In this document: piece after piece, positions 26,341 to 37,512 of the stretch
Layout of the letters: each line of letters opens with the position of its first letter
How positions within the stretch are numbered: position 1 is the stretch's first letter
Source: Marsupella aquatica
Taxonomy: Eukaryota; Plantae; Marchantiophyta
Reading direction: 5' to 3'
NCBI GenBank assembly: GCA_973895155.1
Contig: OZ316896.1
Location: forward strand, 16,914,754-16,978,753
Length of the DNA: 64,000 nucleotides
Made by a program: the position numbers and the translations under genes
The notes under the pieces: model-generated
Databases searched by the model: none
What the model was told of the DNA's origin: nothing
The model's input: only the letters and a program-made list of their open reading frames with translations

Positions 26341-29223
26341 AAGGTCTAGAGGCAGTCTGGAGGCTTCACTGACCCTAGCCCTTGAAAGTGGGTTATGTTA
26401 GCGATTTATTAGTAAGATATGAGAAAGTGAACTCTGGTCGACCAAGGAGATGTCACAATGTGGAATTGCCATATGTGAGCGTATTGCTGCCAACAACTCT
26501 CTTCAAGTAAATGGCAGGTGGACTTGGGGGTGGGCTAGTGCATGAGGTCCTGATTGACATATGACATCAATGAATTCATATACAGCTAGCTCATAATATC
26601 CGAAGAATTAATAGCAAGATCAGAAATTAAGAGAACAAAGCCCACAATCGGTTTTGGAAAGAGCAGAAAATTATGAAACCATTTTCTTCAAACTTTTCAG
26701 ATTGGCATGTAGTTTAGTAGTAAGTGTACAGCTATGCATTTGATAATCTGAAACTAATGCTACCGATTACATATCGTTTCAGTACGGGGATTGAAACTGG
26801 CGCAGCTAACTGTCCTAGATTGACAGATCAATATCAGCGAAACGACTTGCATTGCATTTTCTCATTACGGTCTTCTGTACTTCTACTTCACTTCCCCTGT
26901 GTTCACAGTGCCAGCAACCGACCCAACAGTCAGCCAATCAATCAATTCATCATTCCTGTTGCCCAACTTCACCTCCCAGTGCAACGTATTGTACTGGGAA
27001 CGGAACGAAGCTATAATGCTCGATCTCCCTCCTTTCTACCGCTGTCTCTCTCTCTCTCTCGATCTCGCCCTCTCGTTTTATCAAATCCTTCATGATTGTT
27101 TGTTTGCTGGGTGGTGGCGATGGACGGCCACAAGCTAAAGACGAACCAGTTGCTGTGCAATGATCGACAACAATACGCACTCTCATGGACGCCAATTCCT
27201 GTGCTTGCTTGGACTTGCTCCTCGATCCCGAGACCAGCCTATCGCAGAGTATGATGTCGAGTAAAAAAGGAGTCCCCGGTGAAGGCACGACCCCTCTCTT
27301 CTAGATTGGAGTCTCTGTTGTCTGGTCGATTGCTCAATCAAATTCCCTTGAGCTGCCGTGTCTGCCTCAAAATTGCCCTGGCCAAATGAATCCGGTTGGA
27401 AATGATACTTTAATCATCAAGTCTAGATTGCAATCGATCAGTGAGTGAAATTTCAAAACTTATAACCCAGAATGTGGATGCATGGAGATACTCATATTTT
27501 CCAGTATCTATTGACAGATTGCACACCAGGTATTACTCTAGGACCATGCATCCAAATTATTATACCAAACATTCACCAGCGAGACATTATGTGGATCACT
27601 CCGACCTGGAATCGTCCCAACTACCCGCCATACTTCCATGCTTGTTTCTAGCCACAGAGAATGCTGGGTGTAATTATCTTTCAGGTGTTTTGTGGCCATC
27701 ATTCTTAGGCGGGAGAGTTCCTTGTAAACTTGAGCAATAGACATAATTGAATTTCGATGGAGCTCTGCATAATTAATTGTGATGACTATGTACATATGCC
27801 CATCTTAGCGATTTGCGAAAGGGCACATTAAACTAGAACAATATAATTTGTAGCGTTCAACGGTTCCTTTCGGTACTCGCACCACTCCAGTTCAAACAAA
27901 CACTTTTGATGACTTTCAAAGAGTGTTCGATAATCGCAACAGCAATCTTTACTGTCTTGACCCAATCAGTAAGATACAATTGGTCCCACAGCGCCCACAA
28001 AACTAAACGAGCTACGTACTGTCAATGTGTAACTAAGCAGATTAATCCTGGTTTGGTGCGAGTCTCGAGCCAATGATGGCATACATATGTCCGATTCTCA
28101 AGTCGGAGCGAATTCAGAGCGCATGCAGAATAGGTAATTTTCTACACCGTCCTCCGGTCCCAATTAAATCTTTGAAGCGGAAATGGACAGCAAGTTTTCA
28201 ATCACCAGCACTTCGGCAGTTGTCGTGAGTGTATAATTGGCGCTGGCCGATAACTCTCCTCAAGCTAGCAAACGCCGGGTAGATTGCAGTGCGTATGCTA
28301 AAAACCATTAGACTTGAAACATGCAGCAGCTCGATGCCTGAAGAACGAATTAAGAGGCACTTTCCAGAAGGAAACCCCAGTGGTTCCTGGACCAGCACGT
28401 ATGAGACCATTTTCCCTCGAGAAATCGTCCAAGTCATATGCAACTGCTCCCGTCAGTCGTAAGTCTACAGTAAAACCCTACAAAGCAAGCTCAGAAGAAT
28501 TTCAGTCTAGAGCAGTGGCAGAGCTTCCCGTCAAGACTTTCAAACACTGACTGCCAATTCATAAAGTTGCCGAGGTCTGAAGAGCAAAATCAAATTCACA
28601 ATGCCTTCCAAGACTTGTAAAACTCTCACATGCAATAGAGTGCTTGTATTCAGGAGAAAAACAGGATCATGTACTTACTAGGTAATATGATTATTACATG
28701 AGTTGAGACCTGAACACCTGTTGTTCAGCCTGCAATCCGATTTTTGATCATGTCTGCCATAAATCTATCGAGATGTCTGTTCACCTCACCAAAAAGATGA
28801 CAGAACTCTGGTCGGCTTTGCATTCGCTGTCTCATGAAAGCTACATTTAGAAGCTAACATACATTTCATCTAAAACTCAGCTGATTGTCCCGATCGATAC
28901 TCTCAAAAGTTCTAGCTCTATTCTGACGATTGTTCATCCATTTGTCTTCTGGATGTAGAAGAGTAACGATACCATCAGTGAACCAAAAATTAATTGACAG
29001 CTCGATCTACTTGTTCTCTAGAGAGCGGGAAGAAAGTCATCTGCCGAAGAGCAAGGACAGACGGTCACCAAAATTGGATACCTTCGGTGAATCTTCAACG
29101 ACGAAGGCTACCTTCCACGGTTCCACTGCTCTGTTCAGCGAGGAGAGACCATGCATATCGTCCGGCCATCGGAAGACAATTCACCAGTCATAAACTGACT
29201 AGTAATATAGGCAGCTGAACTAC

Positions 29224-29937
29224 CTAGTCATGCATTGCCATCATCATATCCACGAATTCCTCGTAATTAATGTGGCCATCTCCATCGAAATCGGCTTCCC
29301 GAATCATTTCATCAACCTCCTCGTCAGTCACCTCTTCGCCCAAGCTGGTCATCACATTACGCAGCTCCGTGGCATCTATCAAACCACTCTCGTCCGTGTC
29401 AAAGACACGGAAAGCCTCCCTATGCTCCTCCTCCAAATGCTTGCGTTCCACTCTCTGATTGATGGTCACAAGTCGCAGAAACTCTGTAAGCTCTATCATC
29501 CCATTCCCATCTGCATCGACTTCGTTTATCATGTCGCGCAATTCTGTCTCCGTGGGCTTCTGGCCGAGCGATCCCATGACAATACCGAGCTCTTTGGTGC
29601 TGATGCTGCCATCTCCGTCCTTGTCGAAGAGATCGAAAGCCTCCTCAAAATGATTGATTGGGTCATCCTCCGGCAGCCTGTGTTCTGCCTCCTTCTTGCT
29701 ACATCTGTAGTAGCTTCTACCGCTTCTAAAGTGGTCATGACTGCTGCTGCTTGAGTGGGAGCAGCTTTCGTTACGGATGCTGAACTCGATCTTCTTGCAA
29801 TTGCTCAAGATGGCATCACTAGAATTTTCTTCGTCAAGTTCTTCATAGGCGCTCACCTTTGCATGATGCTTCCTTGCCTGCTGCGGCCCTCCAACGCAGG
29901 CAAACAACCTGGGTAGACTAAACCTCATGATTCTCAT
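29224..29937 (-). CDS. Calmodulin-like protein (CML) with 4 EF-hands and ~90-aa N-terminal extension, intronless
   Basis: EF loops [48 protein letters not shown]. CaM-like linkers [17 protein letters not shown] and [17 protein letters not shown]. Confidence 0.92.
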   Translation of the reverse strand: MRIMRFSLPRLFACVGGPQQARKHHAKVSAYEELDEENSSDAILSNCKKIEFSIRNESCSHSSSSSHDHFRSGRSYYRCSKKEAEHRLPEDDPINHFEEAFDLFDKDGDGSISTKELGIVMGSLGQKPTETELRDMINEVDADGNGMIELTEFLRLVTINQRVERKHLEEEHREAFRVFDTDESGLIDATELRNVMTSLGEEVTDEEVDEMIREADFDGDGHINYEEFVDMMMAMHD

Positions 29938-31289
29938 GAATGAAACTCTTAATTAACGTGTGGGCGGCCAGTCGATTTATCCAGGAACAAATTCTGGGTT
30001 TAAAATCTCAGCTCTCCGTTCTTGTTTAGACTCTATTAAAGAAACGCATGCATTCCGACTTTTTCGATTGCCTTTCCAGCATGATATACCTCTCTCGATT
30101 CCAGCTCATGGCCTGAAAGTAACATCAACATGCATCTGAAAGTCTCCGACGTCAACGTTTTGTTGTTTAGGAGTTCAATCTATCAAAGTCTATAATTGTT
30201 CTCGAAAGTGACGTGACACAGCACTGCCCTCTGTTAGAAAAGGTTCACCATATGCAGTAGGCCGGTAAGAGCTACCGAAGCATCCACCATCAATATTAGG
30301 CATGAGTGAATCGAGTCACTCCATTTATAAAACTCTCTTCAACTCTCAATGAAACAAGCATTCACACTTTCCAAACTCTTGAATTCGACGCTCATCAACT
30401 GTCCATGAAATATACTGCATTCCACAGTCTCGAAATCCTGGAAATCTGTAACACTCTTCGATCGTCACTCAATGTTTTCGTTGTTCGCTTAGGCAAATGG
30501 ATCAGTGACTTTATTCTCATATATATACGAATCGTCAAACATCATTCTGTCTTCGTCTATTCGAACCTTCAAGAGAAACAAAGAGATTACAAGTCTCAAG
30601 TGCAAAGCACCCACCTAACAAACGAACCACAAAAGACGCAAAATACAGTTATCTCGAAGTCTCAAACAGACAAGAAATGTACCCAAAGGGAGTCTCTACA
30701 CTCATTATTGGGATTATTGGGAGGCTTTACAAAACGTTCTGGTACAGTCCACGTGTCTAATTGCATGCTGGCACTCCGTGGGTAGGTGCAGGCAGGTCAT
30801 GGAGTCCCCTAATATTCCAGCTTTTTTATTTTTTGAATTTACCAAAAAATGCAGTTTTCATAAGTGCATCTGGACCCTCACTGAACAGGAAATTGCAAGA
30901 CAGTGCATTTCTGCCTGTAAGTGCACACATCCATTTATCAGTTACTGACTAAAAAGAGTACACGAGGTCCAGACCAGGTGCAAAGAGTACACGAATAGAG
31001 TCCTTACATGCACTTGTCCCCCGACTTGTCCAGTTTGAAAGAGGTTAGGTTAGGAGGACTTTAGGGTGTTGGACCTAACAGCAAGTTCATGGTTACATCA
31101 CAATGCCAGATGCAATGCCAAAATCCCAAACTTGGAGTAATTAATTGAGAGGGCTGCAAGCTAGACAATGAGCATGGAGGTCAGGCTTAGGGTGGAGGTG
31201 GTTGAGCCCCAATTTCTTTATTTAAGTGCAAGAACTGCATATATGTGTACATTGTGCACAGTACGTTATGTAGTCATGCACATACCTCA

Positions 31290-31937
31290 AAGTGCATAAA
31301 CTGAACTCCCGTCTTGCATATATATTACTGAAACTTGTGGTGGCCCACACTCATACTCCCCAGCCGATGGTGCCACAAAGTACATTCGCCCAATGCTAAA
31401 CCCTTGCTGACGCGGAGACCATTTCCGTAGAGCCTTGTTCCACGTCACTCCATTCGTGAGGGAAATTAGTGTACGTGACATGGCGTGCCGATTCAAACAT
31501 CGCATTTGTCTTGAACCATCCTGTCAAAGTGGTATCCCTGTCCGACTCCCTTTCAACCACATCTATGATGTCTGCATCTTCATTGAACATCACTGCCTGC
31601 TCTCTTTCACAATGCACTTGGAGACGTTGGACAGAAGTACTACTCTCTGCCATTTTAAATTGGAAAATCCGTCACGTCCCTTCCGCCGCAGACACGTAAC
31701 GGGCATCAAGATGTGTTTTGATTTCATCCCGTGACTCTCCAACTTCCACCGTCGCCCGATCATGCCCCTTATATACATACTTGTATAAGTACTTAATCGC
31801 CTTAATGGAACAACAAATCTCCACGTTAATGTGAGCATTGTATTTCATGCTCAAGTATGGGTTATAGGGAACAACCCACCTGTTGTCAAACCTAAATCCA
31901 TTATTGTCCTTGCTGAATGACTGGCCATTGTCTGGGC
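31290..31937 (-). mobile_element. Helitron Rep/helicase gene fragment (disrupted)
   Basis: Translates to PDNGQSF..DNRWVVPYNPYLSMKYNAHINVEICCSIKAIKYLYKYVYKGHDRA..DEIKTHLDARYVSAAEGT*RIF..VQRLQVH..TTLTGWF..IGRMYFVAPSAGE. These are diagnostic Helitron motifs, with a stop and a frameshift. Confidence 0.93.
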
Positions 31938-32224
31938 CGCTTACTTGGCTTTGGCCGCCCCAATGCCGAGACCCCTTGGGGCAACGGCACGGCTCGGCCG
32001 ACTTTTCAACAGGCCTTTTTTCCTACCCCTTGCATCCCCCAACCCCATTGGTAACCCCAGATTTTTGGTTACTTTAAGCATTTATATTTAACTTAAAGTA
32101 GCCAAGGCCGCTTACTTGGCTTTGGCCGCCCCAATGCCGAGACCCCTTGGGGCAATGGCACGGCTCGGCCAACTTTTCAACAGACCTTTTTTCCTACCCC
32201 TTGCATCCCCCAACCCCATTGGTA
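31935..32224. repeat. 119-bp direct repeat x2 (31935-32053, 32106-32224)
   Basis: GGCCGCTTACTTGGCTTTGGCCGCCCCAATGCCGAGACCCC...CCCCATTGGTA, about 3 mismatches. Confidence 0.92.
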
Positions 32225-32412
32225 CCTCATCCAAGCTTGCTCGGCTCCTTACTTGCTAACGCCATGCCCCCTTGGGGTGGTGGTGCGGTTTGGAGAGCTT
32301 GGATGTTTGAGAGTAAGTGGTGGTCCCCTCATATATACTTCTGGGGACCTGCCACCCCTGACCACGTTTGGTCCGATAGTTTTGGCCCCCAACCCATGCG
32401 TTTTCAGTGCAA

Positions 32413-33480
32413 AACGGAGTTCGAGGTTGCGGCGAGGTCGCGGTGAGAGGGAGGGGAGGGGAGACCAACGGAGTCCGAGGTTGCGGCGAGGTCGCGGTGA
32501 GAGGGAGGGGAGGGGAGACCGTAGCATGGCGAGGGGGAGGGAAGGCGAGGTCGGGCGAGGCCGAGGTCGCGGTGAGGAGGAGGGGAGGCCGTGGCTGTGG
32601 CGAGGCGCAAGGGGATGGCGAGGGGAGGGCGAGCGCCACTCGCGACGCCTGGTGAGGCGCTGCAAGGCGCGAGGGGAGGGTGAGGGTCACGGCGAGGGGG
32701 AGGGGAGGCGAGGTCGGGCGAGGGGGGGGAGGCCGCCAAGGGAGGCCAGCGTCTGGGTGAGCGGGGCGGGGTGGGGCGGGGAGGGCAGGGCCACCGCGGC
32801 CCTCGCTGGTCGAGGCGCGGGGTGGGGAGGCGAGGTCGGGCGAGGGGGTGGAGGCCGCCAAGGGAGGCCGGCGTCTGGGTGAGCGGGGCGGGGCGGGGCG
32901 GGGCGGGGAGGGCAGGGCCGCCGCGGCCCTCACTGGTCGAGGCGCGGGGTGGGGAGGCGAGGTCGGGCGAGCGGGGGAGGCCGCCAAGGGAGGCCGGCGT
33001 CTGGGTGAGCGGGGCGGGGCGGGGAGGGCAGGGCCGCCGCGGCCCTCGCTGGTCGAGGCGCGGGGCGGGGAGGAGGACAGGCGGGGAGGGGATGCAAGGC
33101 GCTGCGAGGCGCGAGGGGAGGGCGAGGGTCACGGCGAGGGGGAGGTCAAGCGAGGTTGGGCAAGGGGGAGGGGAGGCCGCCAGGAGAGGCCGGCATTTGG
33201 GCGAGAGGGGCGGGGTGCGGCGGGAAGGGCAGGGGCGGGCCAGGGGAGGAGGAGGAGGCCATGGCAGGCGAGGCCGTGGTGAGGAGGCAGGCGAGGCCGT
33301 CGAGGGCTGGCGAGTCAGGGCTCGCTGGTCGAGGTGCGGGCGGGGACGGCAGGGCAGGGGCATGAAGGCCAGGCGCGGGGCAGGGGAGGAGGAGGCCGTG
33401 GCGGGGCGAGGCCGTCGGCTGCTGCAGGCGCGGCCATTTTTTGGTTGGGCGGGGGACAGTGGATGCAGGGTGGTCGCGAC
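32413..33480 (+). repeat. Extremely GC-rich, G-skewed tandem repeat block (probably Helitron-internal)
   Basis: ~55-bp unit x2 (CGAGGTTGCGGCGAGGTCGCGGTGAGAGGGAGGGGAGGGGAGACC), then a ~120-bp unit x3 (GGCGAGGTCGGGCGAG..GAGGCCGCCAAGGGAGGCCGGCGTCTGGGTGAGCGGGGCGGGG..GCCCTCGCTGGTCGAGGCGCGGGG). Confidence 0.88.
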
Positions 33481-33842
33481 GGTGTTTTCCTCTTCCTTCT
33501 TTTACCGAGGCGACAGGAGCTCAGTGCGGGGCGACACTGAATCGTAGCGGCAAAAGGGAGGATTGGTTTTTTATCCCTTGATATTGCTTTCAGTTTTTGC
33601 CGTTTCTGTTTTTTTGGGCCGCCAAATTTGAATGACGACCACGACGTTTTTTGGCGCAACCTTGTATTATAGTTTCTGATTAAACTATGATTCCAGCAGT
33701 CTAGTGAGTCCCGGATGAGCATGAAATTATCGATCACCCAATTCGATCACATCCTTGATGTTATTTAATATAGAAAGCAGAGGACACCAACCATGATTCA
33801 TCTGTCGCTACCTGAAAAGCCAAATTGTCAATTACGACAACC

Positions 33843-33877
33843 ATCGGATCGGATCGGATCGGATCGGATTTGGATCT
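33843..33877. repeat. (ATCGG)n microsatellite
   Basis: ATCGGATCGGATCGGATCGGATCGGATTTGGATC. Confidence 0.9.
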
Positions 33878-34208
33878 GACCTGAAATTTGTCATCTGGCT
33901 TGCCAACTGAGAAGAGACATTGATGTGAATAATCAGATTTGTTGTATATAATCGAGGGAGTCTATTGCCATTTGACCATCGATCTGAAAAGATGTTTGAG
34001 TAATCGACCAGGAAGGGCATAATCAGGACATGCAATATAACCTATCATGCCGCCGATTTTGTTGCGGAAGAGTAATTGCATGTGAAAGAAATATTTCATA
34101 TCCAGAGCTAAATATTTATTCCTCTTAATCTCGACGTGAAAGATCAGATTGCTCTAATTTTCTGACGGAGAATTCTATGCCTTTAAGAGCTACGTAGATG
34201 CCCTCTTG

Positions 34209-34336
34209 AGTTCCGCTTACTTTCCTGTCTCAGTGGCTCAGTTCTTCAGTAAAAGTAGGGTACATATGATCTAGTTCCGCTTACTTTCCTGTCTCAGTGG
34301 CTCAGTTCTTCAGTAGAAGTAGGGTACATATGATCT
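34209..34336. repeat. 64-bp tandem duplication (1 mismatch)
   Basis: AGTTCCGCTTACTTTCCTGTCTCAGTGGCTCAGTTCTTCAGTA(A/G)AAGTAGGGTACATATGATCT x2. Confidence 0.95.
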
Positions 34337-34709
34337 GATTGCACATCTAGTGCAATTTATCTGCTGTAATATCTATACAGATCCGACACCTCTGCAAGGA
34401 GCTACAGACGATACAACTAAACATCTCTACCTACTATTAATATGATTTAACGAGTACATAAGAGACAACTGCAGCTCTCCACGCACTGAGATACACCCCA
34501 AGGGAGGCGCATCGATCTTCACTAATTAAAACACAAATATCGCTTAGCCACGCCAATCCAGTAGCAACCGCCTGACGGTCTCTGTGACCTTAAATGCTGC
34601 ACTCTGAAACCGGGAAAACTACATATGAACTCAGACCTCGTCCTCCCTGATGCTAATGCTGTGACTGCGCCAACCGATCAATCGTCAGGCCTTGTTCAAC
34701 CTCGATCCC

Positions 34710-35138
34710 ATGGCCCACAACGGAATACTTGTCCTCTCCCTGTTACTAGTCCTCGCTCTGGCTGCAGCAGCGGCCAGAGGCGAATGGCCTCGCCGCCTGG
34801 GTGAGATCGAGAAGAGTGAATTGCTCTCAGACAGCACGGAAGAAATCATATGTGCAATTTCTGTGAACGGGACTTATCGATTCCTCGCATTTCCCATCCA
34901 CCGGTCATCAGCAGGATTGAATGCTGCATACCCGCACTGCTACGGCGTCAACGATCACGATGGTCCAGGCGGTACCATTTCTGGGGTGTTGTGTTTGATT
35001 GCACTGAAAAGTGCCGTTTTAGTCTGCTACTGCTACCAACGTTGCCTTTTAAGTGTAGCAGGCAGGCATTCGGGTCAAGTAGTTTCGCTCCCGAGAATCG
35101 AGTCACTGCACAGTTACTTCATGCATCGATCATCTTGA
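34710..35138 (+). CDS. Candidate small secreted protein of unknown family (exon structure uncertain)
   Basis: Strong signal-peptide-like start MAHNGILVLSLLLVLALAAAAAR, followed by a good donor G|GTGAG at ~34800 and an acceptor CAGCAG at ~34914. The downstream product is not recognisable. Confidence 0.35.
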   Translation: MAHNGILVLSLLLVLALAAAAARGEWPRRLGEIEKSELLSDSTEEIICAISVNGTYRFLAFPIHRSSAGLNAAYPHCYGVNDHDGPGGTISGVLCLIALKSAVLVCYCYQRCLLSVAGRHSGQVVSLPRIESLHSYFMHRSS

Positions 35139-36915
35139 GCAGAGATTTGCACCTATGATGAGTCTGGAAATGTCCTCGACGATGCAATCGTAAGTTACCA
35201 TAATTGTGTATACTTCAATCTGTGCACGTCAAGTCGTTTCCGCGCCGAGGATCGAGTCACTTCACAGCTCAGTGCCTACTTGCATCGACCATTGTGCGGA
35301 GGGATGGTTGACTGCGTCTGCGTGTGATCTTGCGACGCCCTAGACGATGCAATCCTAGTTGAACACCATATATATTGTCAGTCAGAAGAAACCCAAGATA
35401 GAGTTCTGCCTTCTGGTCACCCACTAGGCTAGAACACCATAACTATCATCAGCTATGGTACTCATGCGCAACTATATATCTATCTACTGTAGATTGATCG
35501 ATCGGAAGATTAGGGGAGAAATAATGGATTCGGTGATGGTTGCTGACAGCAGCTTGCGCACTGAAAACTAAAAGCCCACAGTATCATTAAAGGCCGGTCT
35601 CATTCTTTTGCATCTAAGTTTAGAATCCTTTGTTCCCGTTCCCGAGCATCATGTTTACACACCTTAATTAGTGAGTTCCTTTTGTATGCCCGTTTGTATG
35701 GTTGTATCATTTCTACAAATCTTACAAATAACTCGAGTATCAAACAAATCCCAACCAAAGATTCAATTACATTAAATCATACTAGACTGACGACCGCAGT
35801 TTGGAGTTGAGGGAGTTCTCTAGATTTTTCTATAGTTAGTTTAGTTTAGTTCAGCGAGGATCGAGACCGGAAAAGACATGCATGCTTGCAGATTCGTAAG
35901 ACGGAGCCTTGTGAAAGAGATGACCGATAAGCTCGAGACTTATTATTGGATTGTTTATTACTGTAGTGCGTCCACGATTCCACGTTGGGTTTTCAGGCGC
36001 TCCATTCGCAATGATGGCAAGAGCGGTGTGTGGAGAACGAACTGGCGTTGGAAATCCGATTGGAAAATTCGGTGCAGCTGTGTTATAATTTCATCATTGC
36101 ATGCCTGAGGAAAAATCCAGTTCAATCCAAAGTACCTCTTCAGTGCAATTAGAGAATGAGGAATGAATTCACTAGTACAAACGATTAATTGGGAGCGAGT
36201 CAGATTGATCCACGGATACATATCGACTGTGGCCAATTGTAAGACGTGAGCGGTGATGTACGTCTTGGATTCATCGTGGCCAAGATTTGAATCAAATGAA
36301 TTTCAGAATGAACCGGACCCCTAACAGTAGATTATCGTGAAAGACACACAGAGAGAGCACTGCGTTCGTGCGAAAGTGCTCGAGCTGAGTTCGTTTCCTT
36401 GGAGACGGAGCTGAGGTTGCTTTGTATCGAGAGAAAGCTTTAGCCATACGTAGTTCAATAGTGGCAGGAGGACGGAAGAGAGAAAAGAATGGGAAAGAGT
36501 CAGTGGAGTCGGAAAGATTCCATCATTTTCTCTGCGGAAGGCAGTCCACGGAGGGTTTGCGTGGCAGTTCTGGTAACTATGTACGCACAGTTCCATTCGT
36601 TGATCCTTCAGCCAGCAGCGGCATCAATTCTGCAACTTCTTACTGGAATCTGCTCGCGGTGAATCGACGTTCGTTGGGTCCACATACGAAGGAACTGCTA
36701 CAACCTCTCGCATGCAGCTGGCAAGCCGGCCAACACCAATGTGTGAACTGTAGGGAGCTGTCTAGGACTAAAATGGAACGATGTTCCTCCCAATTCTCTG
36801 TCACTTTCCTCGTTGCTGCTGCTACCCAGAGCTTTGTATTTCGAAGGGTCGTCTCACTAGCTAATTGGTGTAATTCTCATCATCTCTAAGCAATTCTTCA
36901 CTGTTAGCGCTCTCA

Positions 36916-37512
36916 ATGAATCCTCCTCAACAGAGACGACGAACCTCGACAATATCAAAAGCGACAACAAACGTTGTTCAGGTGTTGATGTTGTTGTTAA
37001 CGAGACTGGGGAGCTCGGAGCTTCTTCGAACAAGATCGTCCGAGACGACGTCGAAGCAGTGTTACACCGTCACCACCAGCACCACCACCCCCACCATCGT
37101 AGACGATTTGAGACAAGCAGTTACGTTAGGGCGTCTCTGCTGCGAAGCCAGCAACACCTGTAACAGCAGAAGCGCGCAAAAGAAAGATAAGGGGAATTTG
37201 AGGAAGCTGTCGTCAAACTCCGATGCTTGACGGATCCCACCATGTGCATTCATGACGGTCGCAGGGTGGACCACGGAGTCATTTGCGTCCACCTGTTGCC
37301 ACAACGGGTGGTGCACTGATTTTCATTTCGGCGGGCTAAATTGTGGTGGTTGCGGGAATCCCTGCAAATTTGGCTACTTTTGCTGCTCGGGGCTTGGCGT
37401 AGCCATTGAGAGCGATTCCAGAAAATTGCAGGAGATGTGGCAATTAATGTCTGTCAGGGCGGAACCTGCGCTTTCGGCCTCTGTGGTTACTCGACGATGG
37501 ATTTCCAATTAA
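36916..37512 (+). pseudogene. STIG1-like Cys-rich protein pseudogene
   Basis: Across frameshifts: CLTDPTMC / TCCHNGWCTDFHFGGLNCGGCGNPCKFGYFCCSGLGVAIESD / NCRRCGN*C / GTCAFGLCGYS, matching Stig1 Cys spacing. At least 3 frameshifts and one stop. The 5' boundary is approximate. Confidence 0.8.

Noticed and set aside
27030-27300. CT-rich leader followed by short ATG ORFs
   Set aside because: All frames close quickly and show no recognisable homology.
29230-29754. 174-aa plus-strand ORF
   Set aside because: Antisense shadow of the calmodulin-like CDS.
32249-33547. Multiple long Pro/Arg/Gly-rich ORFs (extensin- or collagen-like)
   Set aside because: Artefacts of a stop-poor GC-rich repeat that is open in most frames on both strands.
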